In this document: in pieces, positions 1 to 15,453 of the stretch
How the letters are laid out: each line of letters starts with the position of its first letter
How positions within the stretch are numbered: the first letter of the stretch is position 1
Assembly (NCBI GenBank): GCA_012295275.1
Contig: CM022677.1
Location: 23,870,001-23,934,000 of the forward strand
From: Chrysomallon squamiferum
Taxonomy: Eukaryota > Animalia > Mollusca
Direction: 5' to 3'
DNA length: 64,000 nucleotides
The notes under the pieces: generated by a model
Databases searched by the model: none
What the model was told of the DNA's origin: nothing
What the model saw: only the letters and a program-made list of their open reading frames with translations
Translations under genes and position numbers: made by a program

Positions 1-2
1 AC

Positions 3-105
3 TTTGCATATATGTAACATGCCGTTACCAAGACAACCACAACAAGTGCATTTGCAATCAGAATAATATAAGATGGAGAATCCTTCTGACGAGTGTACAC
101 AGATT
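3..105 (-). CDS. Gene A transmembrane exon
   Basis: ttcaag|AATCTG... reads KSVYTRQKDSPSYIILIANALVVVVLVTACYIYA and ends AA|gt at the window edge (phase 2). 103 nt, same length and phases as the gene B TM exon. Confidence 0.8.
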
Positions 106-3100
106 CTTGAAAGAAGAAGCATTAATAAACTAGTTTTAGCAATAAAACACAAGCATGTGTGCACGCACAGAAACACACATGAAAACATTATAAATAAATA
201 AATATGTCAAAATTGTAATTCAACACGCACACATAATTTATTTAAGTATGTATATTTATGTGTTTGGGAATACATATACACACATGCACATATAATAAAT
301 ATATCAAAATCGTAATACAATATGCACATATAAATAAATAAATATATCAACATCATAATACAATTTATTTAAGTATGTATATTTACATATACTTGCAAGG
401 CAATTTATTTAAATTTGTATTTTATTTATGTGTTTGGGATTCCATACATATTTTTACACCATGTGACACATATAATAAATGAATAAATATATCAAATCAT
501 AACATACCATAATAACGTAAAATGCATGTATTTAAGTATATAGCCTTGTATCATAAATAGTGTTTGGGAATACATGGAGACCTACATATTTAGCCGTTCT
601 ATGGTTTAAAAATTTGTTGGTAGTGGACATTAAATCAATATTATTTCAACAAATTCTTTTACAATTAAACAAGTTTTTGTTTATTTAGGACCGATATTTA
701 GTGCATATTTTCCTAGATCATTGTAGACACCGTGCGGCATAACGCCGTTTGGTTTTCTCGCTTTAAAATGTATTTTTATGTCATTAAATAAATATATTTG
801 GTTTTGTTATTTAAAAAAATGTTTTATACAACAAAATTTATTTTTTGAAAAGCTGAAAGACCGCGATATTTTAGATGTTTCCCGTATATAAAAATATATA
901 TATATATTCAGCAACACACAAAAGCACATATAATAAAAAAATAACTAATATAGTCTCCCAAAAATTCGACTTATACACAAGTATATACGGTTTGTGTTTG
1001 GGTATATATATATATATATATATATGCACACATTATAAATAAATAAATATATCAAAATCGTAATACAGCAGACATTTATTTGCTGTTGTTTGTCTTACTA
1101 CACATGTCTCCTGTACATGGCTGGTAAGTCAGTAAAGTTGTGTTTCCCGCACAGTCGTCACCCCCAGCTGATGGGCTGGGATTTGTGCAGCTTCTGTTCA
1201 GTTCCACTGATTGATTACAGGACACCAGGCAGGCAGCAGTTTTGACCGTCTCCCAGGGCGACCACTGACCATCAACTTAAAACAGACAGATAAACTGTAC
1301 GTAAGTAAAATAAATAGGTAAAAAATAGGTAAGTAGGGAAATAAATAAATAAACAGAAAAAGAATAAAAATTTGTAATACTACTATTGTCATTATAATCG
1401 TAGTCATCATTATTATAATTATCACTATAAGTGTCATTGTTATTATTATAATTATTATTATTATTATTATTATTATTTTATTGTTGTTATTATCATTATG
1501 ATTATTATTTTATACATACTGGCTATACTTCATTATATGATTCACTATAATGGGAAATGCCACAATACATTACAATTTTACAACATATGACAGTTACAAA
1601 GTATTACAATCAGAACATGGCCATTACAAAGTATAATTACAATATACTACCACATGATACACACAAAATATTAAAATTACAACATGACATTTACAAAGTA
1701 TTATAATAACAGCATTACAACATATGACAGTTACAAAGGTATTATAATTACAACATAGGACACATGGTACCTTGACTTACAAGTTTAATTTGTTTCATGC
1801 CCGAGCTCAATTTGCACCTATATCAAATCAATTTTCCCAGCTGAAATTAATTGAAATACCATTAATCCATTCCAGACCCCCAAACCACCACATTGTTTTT
1901 GTAAGAAAAATGTATTTATAAATGACATATATTGTATAAAAAAAAAAAAACTATATAAAAGAGAATGTAAAGAAATAAATTAGTTTTGTAAATTTATTTT
2001 GGAGATGAGACAAACTATTTTAATGCCTTTGGCTGGAGTTACAGCCTTTATCAACTCCTTCTGTGTCAGTACGGTACATATCATAGAAGTACTAAGCTTG
2101 TACTGTCACACTTAAGTTTTTCTATGATTTAATGCTTTTATTCAATGGACATCACCCGCTTCTTCTTCTCAGCACTGTCCTCTGCACACACTTTCTTAGG
2201 ATCCATGGTCAGAAAAAAGAAATTTGGCAAAACGCTGCACAACACAAGAGATGCTTCAATGGCGAGGTAACCATGTGAAGTAAATGAGGGAGACATGGGA
2301 GTTGGCATGGATGTTGTGTTGTTCATTGCGCCAACTAGTGGCAGTGTTTCTGAAGTTTGCTTGTAACTCAGATTTTGGCTCACAACTCAAAGAAGAATAT
2401 CGACCAATGCAACTGCTTGTAACTTGGAAAACTTGTAAGCTGGTGCACATGTAAGTCAAGGTACCATTGTTTTATAATTACAACATTACAACATATGACA
2501 CTTACAAAAGTATTATAATTACAACATAGGACCATTACAAAGTATCACAATAATAACATGACAGAATAAAAAGTGTTACAATCACAATATATGAAAACAA
2601 GACAATTAGAAAGTATTACTATTACAACATAATATAACAAACTGCAATTACAACACACCACAGTGACAATCACAATATATTCCAAATCATTCCCATTGCC
2701 TGGAACTGTTCAAAAAAAAGAAAAAACCTGTGTTAAAGATTAGTAGAAACTGCTTTGATTTACCACACAGCTGGCCTTTGCAAGGCACAGTGATTATGGT
2801 GACATCATCTCCTTGGCAATACTGCCCATCACCCTGGGGAGGAGGGTTGGTACAGGTTCTCATCATGGTCACTCTGTGAACACAAATATCATGACATGCA
2901 TCAGCATATGTCTTAAACCAGGAGGTCCACTGTCCATTTACTGAAAGTTGAAACAGCAACGTCAGTATCATTTTTAGCAACAGTTTAGCCATCTTGCTAA
3001 CACTAGTGGATGTGGTATTAGTGATCAGCATTATTATTATTATTATTATTATTAATACTAATACTAGTTCTAGCAGTACTTATAATAATTTAATAAACAT

Positions 3101-5085
3101 CAAGAAGTGTTGTTATCTGCCCACTCAGTATCAACAATTCACCATACACTTATTTTAATACTTGTATAAATATACTCATCTAAACAAACACACACACAAA
3201 ACACATCATAAACATATTTATATATGTATGCAAAGTAGGTGTTGTTATTATAAACTAACCTCATACTGTTACCTAGAACTTCTTTCACATACACACAAAC
3301 ACTTATTCAAACAAACACATACACTCACAACACAGGTACACACACACAAACACACTCACATGCACACACAGACTCACAAACACACAAACACTTATTCAGA
3401 CAAACACATACACAGACACACTTACAAACAACACACGCACACACACACACACACACAGACTTGCATACACACAAACACTTATTCATACACATACACACAC
3501 ACACACACACACAATAGTTTCTGTATTTAGTCACAAACATGATTGGCACTCCCCATCAGCACATCTCTTGATGAACTGTGTTTGGTCGTTTCCTGAACAC
3601 ATCAGTCTGCCTAGATCGACAAGCCCGGGCAGCTCACAGAATCTGATAAATGTGTGTGTACTTTCACACCTCGCTGAGCATTTTGTCTTCTGCCTAAACT
3701 CCCAGTCAGACCACGCCCCTTCCACTGCCTGTGCATCTTCTCCTTCACCCCCTGTGTGAATACAAAATATTTTATTGTTTTTTGTCTTTTCCTAAGAGAG
3801 AATAAAAAAATTGTATTCTATTTTCAACTTTTTTTTATTCCTGTCAGAAAATAATAATGGTTATCATTATCTTTTTATTTTTTTAATTTTCCTGTATCTT
3901 TTGCCAGGACAAACAAAAAAAAAAAAAAAAAAAATTGATTGTAATTTCTTAATCTTTCCTATATTCTCTGAAAGAAAAGAATACAAAATTTGTTATTATT
4001 TTAATTTTTTTCCTATATTATTGAAAATATAAAAAATTCTATCATTTTTTTTACTGGTCTTCCTGTATTCTCTGTCAGAAAAGAATAAAAATTCTGTTAT
4101 TTTTGTAACTTTTCCTATATTTTCCACAATTGTCAGAAAAGAATAAAAATAAATTCCACTTTTTTTTCTATCCAACCTATATTCTCTGTCATAAAATTAT
4201 AAAAATAACAAACATTCTAATTTTTTTCCCATCTTTTCCTCTATTCTTTATCAGAAAACAAAGAAACTTTCAAACATGCATAGGAATAAATTAAACTTTG
4301 TATTTATCACATGATTTTAAGTACTTTAAAATAAATTAAAAAAAACACATTTATTAACTGGAAATGAGAGCAGTCCAAAAATAAATAATGTCTTCAAATT
4401 TAAATCTAGTCAACAGAAATAATAATAATAATAATAATAATACAAAAAAATAATATAATAATAATAATAATAATAACACTAATAATAAAAATAATAACAA
4501 CAACAGTAACCAAAATGCTATCAGTAACAGTAATAATAATAACAATAATCATGACAAGAGTAACACTACAATAACAACAACAACAATAACAACAGTAAGA
4601 ATAAATAATAACAATAATAATGACAACAGTAACACTACAATAACAACAACAACAACAACAATAATAATAACAACAATATGTAGAATTTTTTAATTCTTTT
4701 TTTTTTGGCATGGATGCAGTTCCAGATGTTTTCAGAAAGCAGTCTATGACAGTCACACAACAGTTACCGAGACGTCTGATTCTGAGTGCAGAAGAACATA
4801 ATCCTGTGACAAGCTTTTTTCTATGCCCAACGCAAGGCCAACCACCTTTGGAAGGTTTGGGGTTTGAACAAAATCTTCTGTAGTATATCTGGTACGTCCC
4901 ATAGCCTTCTGTGACACTGCACACCACTGTTCTGGGTTGCCAGGTAGTCCATGCTCCGTCAACTACAGAGTGACAAACACGTGTTTAAGTTCTGATTGTT
5001 AAAATAACAATGACTGAAATACAGGGACTGAAATCACAGTTATTAAGAGTATAACAGAATATTAAAAACAAAGATATAAAGTGTA

Positions 5086-5155
<70 letters not shown>

Positions 5156-8100
5156 GATAAAATGGATGGATAGATAGATAATAGATACAGATATAGGTAA
5201 CTTCTCAAATATAAATGATTTCTCTGTGTTCTTTAAAATTCAAAGAATTAACACAGTGAAAATGTACTGATCAATATAATACATTTCAAGACTTTAAGGA
5301 AGCCATGAAAACATGTTAGATATAGAAAAATTTAAATGACCAGGGCTTTTTGCTAAAATAGGTGAAATGCTTTAATAATCTATTTTATAACTAAAATATA
5401 AATAAATAAATAAATAAATAAATTAATTAATTAATTAAAATTGAAAATCAAGAAAATAATTTTTAAAAACCATTATTTCCCCTTTCCTATATTATACATT
5501 CCTATAAACTACAAAAATCACATCAATATTGTCAGTCATTCATCAGCTGCATAATTGTTTCTATAAACCTCAAAATAAGTAAGTAAATAAATAAATAAAT
5601 AACTAAATACTGGAGAAATACCTGCACGACACTTTTCCCCTCTGCAGTTTAGGAGGACTATAATGTTCTTGTTTCCCATACACACTGTTTTGGCATTACG
5701 CACAAAACTTCGACATTTTCTATTCAGTATCGTCAATTGTTTACAAGTGTGTCTACACCGACTGTCTGTTTTGTTTTGGATCCAACCAGACCACACCCCA
5801 GGCATTACACCAATTTGGTGTGTTATAGCTAGAATATTTGTTAACATTTTAGCAGAAGAAAAAAGTGATGATAACAACAATGATTGTGACGATAGAGAAG
5901 TTTGTGATGATAAATAAGTTTGTGAGATGATGATGATGATACTGTTTTGCAAACAATGATGTGATGATGATTTTTTATTACTGCCATAACTCATAGGCAG
6001 AATGATGATTATAATGAAAATGATAATGACTGATGATGATAAGAGAATGATAATGATTAGAACTATCAGTGGACAAGATGATGATAGTAACAGTGATAAA
6101 GATGATAATGACAGTCATGATATAGTAATTACAATGATGATGAGTAGAATAACTGATAATGATAATAACAACAGTGATGAATATCATTACAGTAATGGTG
6201 AGAATGATTATAATGACGATGATTATAACAATTACAATAATGAACATCATCATGAAAACGGATGATATTTACAATGGTAAAAATATTTATAATATTTCTG
6301 GATATTATAATGACAACAATGATATAATAATTACAATGGCCATTAAGATGATAATGAAGATGCTGAGATGGTGATGATAAAAACAAAAAAGAGAGTAATG
6401 ACTGATGATGGTGATGACAAAGAAAAGAACAATACTAGATGACAACTTGTCTAATTACCAATCTCAGAACACTTAGCATACACAAAACAACTCATTGTCT
6501 TCGTCACCATAGAATCTCCGATGCACATTTTGCCCCCGTGCAGTGGTACTGGGTTGTTGCAGAGCCGTTCAAAAACCAAGTGGATGATGCCTTGAGAGCA
6601 CGTCACGCTGCAGTCACTCATCCTCAGCGTGGTCCAGCGACTCCAGTGACCCTTCACTGGATGATAAAATGTAATGATATACATCAGAATATCAGATTAT
6701 CATTATTTACAACTAGTTATTTATTACTACTGTTGCTATAAAAATACTTACATACATAAAATTACTAACATAAAAATACTTCAAATAATAGTATCACTTG
6801 TACTGCTTCTATTATTTCTGTTACTAATAGCACTGTTGCTCATACTACTGCTGGTACTATTACTACTGTTACTATTAATGCTAAAAGTACTTCTACCAGT
6901 ATAACTACTACTACCAAACGACTACAACTACTACTACTATTACTACTATTACCACCATTATAACAATTGCTACTAATACAATCATTACTGCTAGAACCAC
7001 TACTACTACGACCATTACTGCTACATGTACAACTCATCGCTTCAACTTGTGCTACCACAACCTTCTATACTATTACAGCATCACTACATCTGCTACAGCA
7101 CCATTGCATCTACTTCAGTATCTTACCGGGACAAGCAACGTCAAACTTGCATACTTTGTACTCTGATTTAAACGCGATGCCGACACAGTTTTGTTTGTCT
7201 TCCGAACGACATGTACGGTTGTGTGAGACAGTTCTGAAACCGTACCCACAGGTTGTCGAACATTCTCCTTCCGTGGTCTTCCAAGGAAGCCATGCATCTA
7301 TTGAGAAACAAAAGATTTCATTATTTAACTGTTGCAAAGGTACGATTGTGTGAGACAGTTCTGAAACCGTACCCACAGGTTGTCGAACATTCCCCTTCTG
7401 TGGTCTTCCAAGGAAGCCATGCATCTATTGAAAAACAAAAGATTTCATTATTTAACTGTTGCAAATAAGATGTTACCAAATTCTCAGAAAAAGAAAGTTT
7501 AATTTGTTGTTATACGACAAGTTTAGTAGTTAGTGATATATTTTAACAAATAATCTACTGGGATTAAGAAGTAAAAAACATTCCTGAGTACATATATTTA
7601 ATCCATGGTTATATAGTATGGTACAGTAAATATATATAAATATATTTGACATATTTCCATTCTTTTAGATTTTCAATAATACAAAATAATGATAACTTTA
7701 ACCATTTTCTCTTATTAGCTTGAACTCAAAAATTACGTGTTTAAAAAATCATACAGGTAATAAGACAGAAATATGTTGCTGTCACCAAATATTGGCTATG
7801 TTTTTAGCCAGGATGTTTTTACAGTCATTTTTCAACAGACAGAAAAGCAGAAACCAGATCCTTTGATGAATGTGGTGTTTGCAATGATAATTCTTGTGCT
7901 ACACTGACAAATGGATTTTCTGGAGTAGTGAAATTTGGCCAAATGGGCAGTTCTAGAATGACAGAATCTAATAAATTTTGCAAAAACAGTTATAATGCAG
8001 ATTAGTGTGTGAAACAGCCAAGCAGACATTCTTGACGGGATGAGTTCTAAGAATTTTAACAAAAACAGATGTGAAGCAGGTTAGATTGTAAAAAAAAAAA

Positions 8101-9293
8101 ACACAAATGGATATTCTTGGGATGATGGATTCTGAGAATTTTAGAAAAAAAAATACATATATATGTATATAAATGATACCAGGCAGGTTGAAATAAAAAA
8201 AAGGCGAAATGGTTGGGGGAATCTACACTGCATAGATCAGATGATCCATCACACTTCATTTTTTTCTGAGAAGGTTAAATAACTTACTAGGACATTTTCC
8301 ATTGTAGCAGATCTGTGTTATGTTTGCCACTGTCAGACCATAGCACTCGTATGTTTTATCCACGCACTCTCGTTTCAGCGTCACGTTCCACACACAGTCA
8401 GAACGGCAAGAGGAATTCGTAACAATTTCCCACTCAGACCACATCCCTGAAATTTAATTATATTCCTTCATTATTTTTATTTTTTTAAATCGACAATGAA
8501 ATTTTTTGTTTTCAAAAGGTGTAGGGAACTATTTTTATTTTGGTGTTTGTGTTTATTTTTTATTTATTAATTTATTTGTCTGCTCAAAAATACAATACTT
8601 TTATTATTAATGCTAAACCTTATTTATTTAAAGACAGTGTAAAAAAAATATAAGAAAAAAAAAGGAAGATAAAAATTTATTTTTCTCAACACTCTGAACT
8701 CACAGTGACACAACAGCATACGGGTATTTAAAACCATCCAGATTATAAAACAAAACAAAAAAACACAGCGCTATTCTTCTTTTAACATCAGCTGCAACAA
8801 ATATAATTAAACTTCTTCTCATAGAGTACAAAACAATATAAAATTGCTTTGATCAACTTACCAGTGAGTCAAAAGGAAAATGAGAAAGCTTATAAATAAA
8901 TGTGCCTAGTACCTTGACATGGTCGTTTATTGTCACAGAAATCTTGAACTTGTTTTGATTCAGGTCCCTCACAAGGAGTTTTCAAGCATTTTCTAACAAG
9001 TGATACAACTCTGAGACCAAAACCACAGGTCACCAAGCATCTACTCTCATTAGACACTTTCCACGGGCTCCATCCACCTATGCCTTCAGTAAAATAATTA
9101 AATAAACACATAAACAAATTAATTAATTAAGGTAAACATATAATCAAAGAAATAATGATATATAATGAAATAAATAATGAAGTAAATATAATAAGATAAA
9201 TACGTGAAATAAACAAAGGTAATAAATAATATGAAACAAATTCTGATAAGTAAATAAATATAATTTTGTTATTCATGCAAACTCAAAACTGAT

Positions 9294-9379
<86 letters not shown>

Positions 9380-9773
9380 GTAAGAAAACAGAACTAAAAT
9401 GACATTACTCTAAAGGTTATTTACCTGGACATTTCCTATCTGGCTTGCACCACTTGATGGACAGTCTGAATGAGTTTCCTACACAGTTCTTTGTCTGACA
9501 CGTTCTTATGGCTCGCTCAGTTAGTCTGACTGCAGAACACTTCGGACACCTGCCGGTCAAGTGAATCTGCCACTGAGACCACTCGCCTAATCACAGAAAT
9601 ATTAACTCGTAAGAATTTTCAAAAAAGATAAATCAATATTTAAAATATTTCTTGTATATTAAATTAAATTAATGAAGATATTAACAACTAAAGTCAGGCA
9701 AGTTCCCATTCCATCCAAATGCCAAACAAAATAAGGTAAAAATAAGACAAATTCATGAAATCATTACAATTTT

Positions 9774-9843
<70 letters not shown>

Positions 9844-12800
9844 AATTACAATAATTATAAAAAAAAAAATAACGAAAAAACATTTTAAATATTAATTAAA
9901 ATAATTTATGAACAAAACAAAAAAATTATCCAACAAAGATGTAGTTAAATGTTTAATCCATTAAGAATGATTCATATAATGTAATGGTTCATAATAAAAA
10001 TGATTCATGTAATTAAAAGTATTCATCAACAAAAATGATTAATGCAATAAAATAGATTAAACATTAAAAATAAGGAAAGAAAGAAATAAGTTATGCGTTA
10101 AAAATAAAAACATATTATGCAATAAACATAATTCAACATTTTAACAATAAAAAGGATTCATGCAATAAAATTATTTCCAATACAATAATTCCTGGAATTA
10201 AAAGATTCAACTAAATAAAAATGATTCATTTAATTAAAATAACATATAATTAAACTGATTCATGTAAGGTGAATAAATAAAATATTTTATGCCTTATAAA
10301 AACGATTCATTTAACAAGAATGAAACATATAATTAAAATGATTCATCTGATAATAATTAAAATAGTTTAGCCTGATAAAAATATTCATGAGAATAATTAA
10401 AATGACGCATGCAATAATAATCAAAATATTTTTGTCTGATAAAAAAAAATTATTAATGTAATTGAAATGATTCATATAAAAATGATTCATATAATAACAA
10501 TGATTCATATTATAAAACTGATTTGTGTAATAATAATAATAATAATAATAATAACAATAACAACTAAATAAACAAAAGCACTCACCTATCGTACACTTTC
10601 CCTTTTGACATTTCTCTGACCACATTTTAAAAGGAAGTCCTACACAGTCTGCACCTCCACTTCTAAATTTAGGATTATCACAACGCCGTTTCGCGTACCA
10701 CACCACCATTCCCATCCCACAGGTGACACTGCACCCTGTTTCAGTGCTCTTTGTCCAGGAACCCCAGCCCCCATTTACTGAGAAAGAAAAAATACACCTG
10801 GAATTAGAATCCATTCATCAAAGAACACCACACCCAGAGAGTAACTGTGAAGAAATAATACTCTGTAATAGATTATTTCTAAACCCTCTGTGGTCTTGAA
10901 AATAAAAAAATAATAATATCCTACATTAGAATCATTTCATCCAAGAACACAAAGCTAATGTTATCAGAATAAAAATAAAAAATAAAAAATGTTTCATATC
11001 CCTTCTTCGAAGTATTTAACAGCAGAAAAAAAAAAAAATATAAATATATATAAAAAATGAAAAAAATAAATAAATAAAATAAAATAAAATAAAATACAAA
11101 TAAATAAAACTTTTTGAATAGGTTATAGATTTCAAACTGAAATAGTCATAAATGAAATATTTGTTTTTAATCTGATTAATATATATGTATTAAAACAATA
11201 ACATGACGATTATATATATATATATATATATATTAAAATGGAAAGATACACACTGAAAAGCATTAGCAATAGAAACTGGAAATGTATAAAAAGTATGTAA
11301 TTAGACTGAGAAATTAATAAGATAATCACAATATGTATAAATTCTGGATTTAAATAGATTTAAATAAACAACAACAAAATAAAAAAAAAAAATAATGATA
11401 ATAATAACACTAATAATTATAATATAATGATAATAATAATAATAATAAAAAGCCATATAATAAGATATAAAAGATAAACTATCTGTTTATTAATCAGAAA
11501 CAAATCCAAATAATCATATCAAAATATTTAAGGTTTTTTTTCTTGACACTCTTTTCTGACACTTTAAACAGCTGTGGTTCAAATTATCTTAATCTAAATA
11601 TTATTATTTTTAATTCTTCAATGTTAACAAACTTTATAACAAAATCGTGAATAATTTAAAAAAAAAATGATTTAAAATGTTTAATTTCTGTTACCAGGGC
11701 AATCGAGAACTGAATAACATTTCTCCAGAATGCGTCGACTTGCACTACCATAACAGGGTGCATGCACACATGTCCTGCTAAAATATACTGCACGAAACCC
11801 GATTTCACATGTTACTAGGCAACCAGTATCTTTTACTATTTCCCATGCACTCCACCCTTCAAGATCTGGAAATAATATATTTATAATAATATTATTAATA
11901 ACATTATTATTCAAACCATGATCAACATTACCTTTATTATGAGTAGTAGTTGTAATAGTAGTAACTGGAGAAATAATAATATTAGTTGTAGTAGTAGCTG
12001 TAGTAGTGACAGTTGTAGTATCTTAATATAATGTTGTAACAATAGAATTACTAGTAGTAGATCACTAACATTAGGATTATTAGTATAGTTGTTATAGTTG
12101 TTGTAGTAGTGAAGGAGTAGTAGTTGTAGTAGTAGTAGCCTAAAGGTAATAGTAATAGTAACAGTAATCACAACACTACTAATAATAACAGCACCACTAA
12201 TAGCATTAGGAGTAACTATTAGTAGAAGCAGTATTAGTAATATTAGCAGTAACTGTGATAGTAGTTGTGGTTGTAGTAGTAGCAGGAGCATCATCAACAG
12301 TAATAACAGTAGAAATAGTAGTATCAGTAATAGTAAATTTTACGTCTGCTGTAACAGTAGTGGTAATACTAACAATATAAACAGTGGTAGTAATAATGAT
12401 GGCATTAGTAGTAGTACTAGTAGCAATAGTAAAAGTAGTATAGGTATTAATAATAAAAGCAATACCTATACAGTTATAGTAGCTGTAGTGAAAGTAGTCA
12501 TAGTAGCAGTGGTAATAGTAATCATAGTAGAAATTATAGTAATAGTAGTAGTAATAGTAGTACTGGTAATAGTAGTAATAATGGTAGTAGTAGTAATAGT
12601 AGTAGTAGTAGTACTTACATTAGTAGTAGTAATATGACTAGTGTAGTAGTGGTAATAGTAGTAATAATAGTAATAGTAGTAGCAGTAGGTATAGAGTAAT
12701 AGTAGTAGTAGTGGTAGTACTTACATTAGTAGTAGTAGTAATAGGACTAGAGTAGTAGTAGTAGTAATAGTAGTAGTGGTAATAGTAGTAATAATGGTAG

Positions 12801-13135
12801 TAGTAGTAATAATAGTAGTAGTAGTAGTACTTACATTAGTAATAGTAATAGGACTAGAGTAGTAGTAGTAGTAATAATAGTAATAGTAGTAGTAGTAGTA
12901 GTAGGTATAGAGTAGTAGTAGTAGTAGTAGTACCAGTACAAGTTCTGCCTGATTCACACCATACATATTCTTCTTGCATAAAACTGCCGCGACATTGCTT
13001 TTTTAAACATCTTCGACTTTGCACATGTGGTCTCTTCCCCACCCCACAGACAGCAGGGCAGGTATTAGTCCCCACCGACTCCCACACAGTCCAGGGTGAG
13101 TCTGTCAATACATTACTATTATATCACCATCATTG

Positions 13136-13171
<36 letters not shown>

Positions 13172-13199
13172 CTGTTATTGTTTTTAAAAATAGTATTTC

Positions 13200-13251
<52 letters not shown>

Positions 13252-13874
13252 TTCACTATTATTAACACATTATTATTACTACCTGTACCCAATCATTTAT
13301 CTGGTTTCCAGACATCTGGAAAAATCTGGAAAACCTGTCACTGTTTTACCAGAACAATTTTGAATTAGGCTAGCTTTTATTTTTGTATTTTAGTTTTTGT
13401 GACACTAATTCAAGTGAGAATGTTGTGTTTGCAGGTGATGATCATATCACAAAAAAGTTATTATTCATTTCCATTTACTCTATATTTTCATTTATTATTT
13501 ATATTTTACTAGCAGAAATGCAACATGCTAGTAAGTGAAAAGAGTATTCAGTACAGGTATTTTTATGAATTTTAAGTTAATTCATAAAGATCAAATGACA
13601 GTTTAACTGAGGGTAAAAATTTGTATCTGTTAAATTCAGTTTCATTATTTATTTTTCTTTGTTTATTTTATATTTTAAATAAATATTTAGCCAGTATATC
13701 GATAAATCTGACATATTCAGAAATCAGGACCACCTCCAGAACCAATCTCACCAGATAAATGATTCAGTAATTGTTATTAATACATTGTTACTCCGTTTAT
13801 TAATATTAATATTAATATTAGTGTTATTATTATCATTATCATCATCATTATTAGTATTATTATCATTATTAACA

Positions 13875-13906
<32 letters not shown>

Positions 13907-15407
13907 TATATTAATATTATAATTATTATTGTCATTATCATCATTACTGTTATTATTGTTGCCATCCATATGTTATTATTATTATTATTATTATTATTTT
14001 ATTATTATTATTTCTAACAAACTAAAATAAGAAAAACAAACCATGTTTCTTCTGACATTTGCTCTCCTTACAGACTCTGCGAAATATTTTGAACTGGCTT
14101 TTCACTCGATTCATTTTCGTACCCTCAAAGTTAGGCTCTCTGTAGTCCCTGCGCGACAAAATATTTCTGATGCCCGAGTCACAAGTCGCTGAACACATTG
14201 CTCTCTCAAGCACGACCCAATCAGACCATATCCGATCCCCTGAAATAAAATTATTTTACATCACAATGTACTGTTCTGTCTGTATGACTGTTTGCCTGTC
14301 TGTCTCTCTCTCTCTCTGGCAATCGATATGTAAAAAAAAAATTGATTGGTAATACTGACAATTTAGTTGTTAAAGTTATTCATTGCTGTTTGGTTGACAT
14401 GTTAGAAAGATTCCACTACAAGGGAATAAGAAGATTAAAATGTTTAAACTGCCATAGAATTAACGCATAAAAGCAGAGCAGAGAAATAAAGCGTTTAACA
14501 TGCTTTACTAGTAGTGAATGAGAACATTATCAACCATCACAGAATTAGACATTAAAAGTCTTGATTAAGACAGAATCAGTATATCAGCTGTAGATTAATA
14601 CAGAATTAGAACATTAAAAAATATTGATTAACATGAAATCAGAATGTTAAAAGTGCTGATTAACATAGAAGTTGAACACTGAAAGTGTTGATTAACATAG
14701 AATTAGAATAACAAAAATTTCCATTAAAACAGAACATTGAAATTTTCCATCAACATTTTAGAATGTTCTAAAACAGAACATTTAAAAATGTTCTACCACC
14801 ATTCCAACATGATCTTACCTTCTAGACAAGAATCTCCTTCGCAGTTATTAGTTTCTACTTTAACACTAGGTCCAACACACATGCGTCCTCCATATTGGGG
14901 CGTGGGGTTAGAGCATTCTCTGACATGAGTAATGTACTGTTGACAATTCTCTTGGCACCGAGATTCAGACTCAATCCTCCATGTTGACCACGATCCATGC
15001 ACTAAAACACAGAGGGAAATAAACAAACCAGTTTTCAACAACATTTCTGAGAAAATATATTGAAGAAAAAAGTCACTTCAGCCATTTAAAGGTTTGTTTC
15101 TTTTCAATTACTGTATCTTAACATGGACAACAAAACACATACCACAGTCTTTGAAATCAAATCCTGAAACGCTGCTATGGATGAAAAATTCACTAAATAT
15201 ATTTGATAACTGAAGTGAATGGTGCACACACATATATGCATGCATACACATACATAGGAAAACACACCCCTACTTAAAATACACAGATACATACAGACCA
15301 TACACACAGATACATGCAGAGACACATATATACACACAGACTCAAAATCCCATCCATATGCACAGACACACAGATACCTTAAAAACCATACACAGATACA
15401 CATATAA

Positions 15408-15453
<46 letters not shown>

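Noticed and set aside
2138-2383. ORF with a hydrophobic patch and basic end, a candidate TM/tail exon of gene A
   Set aside because: Lies inside the TIR-bounded Tigger element and its end is the transposase start; gene A continues with TSR20 (1275-1099) and a proper TM exon (105-3).
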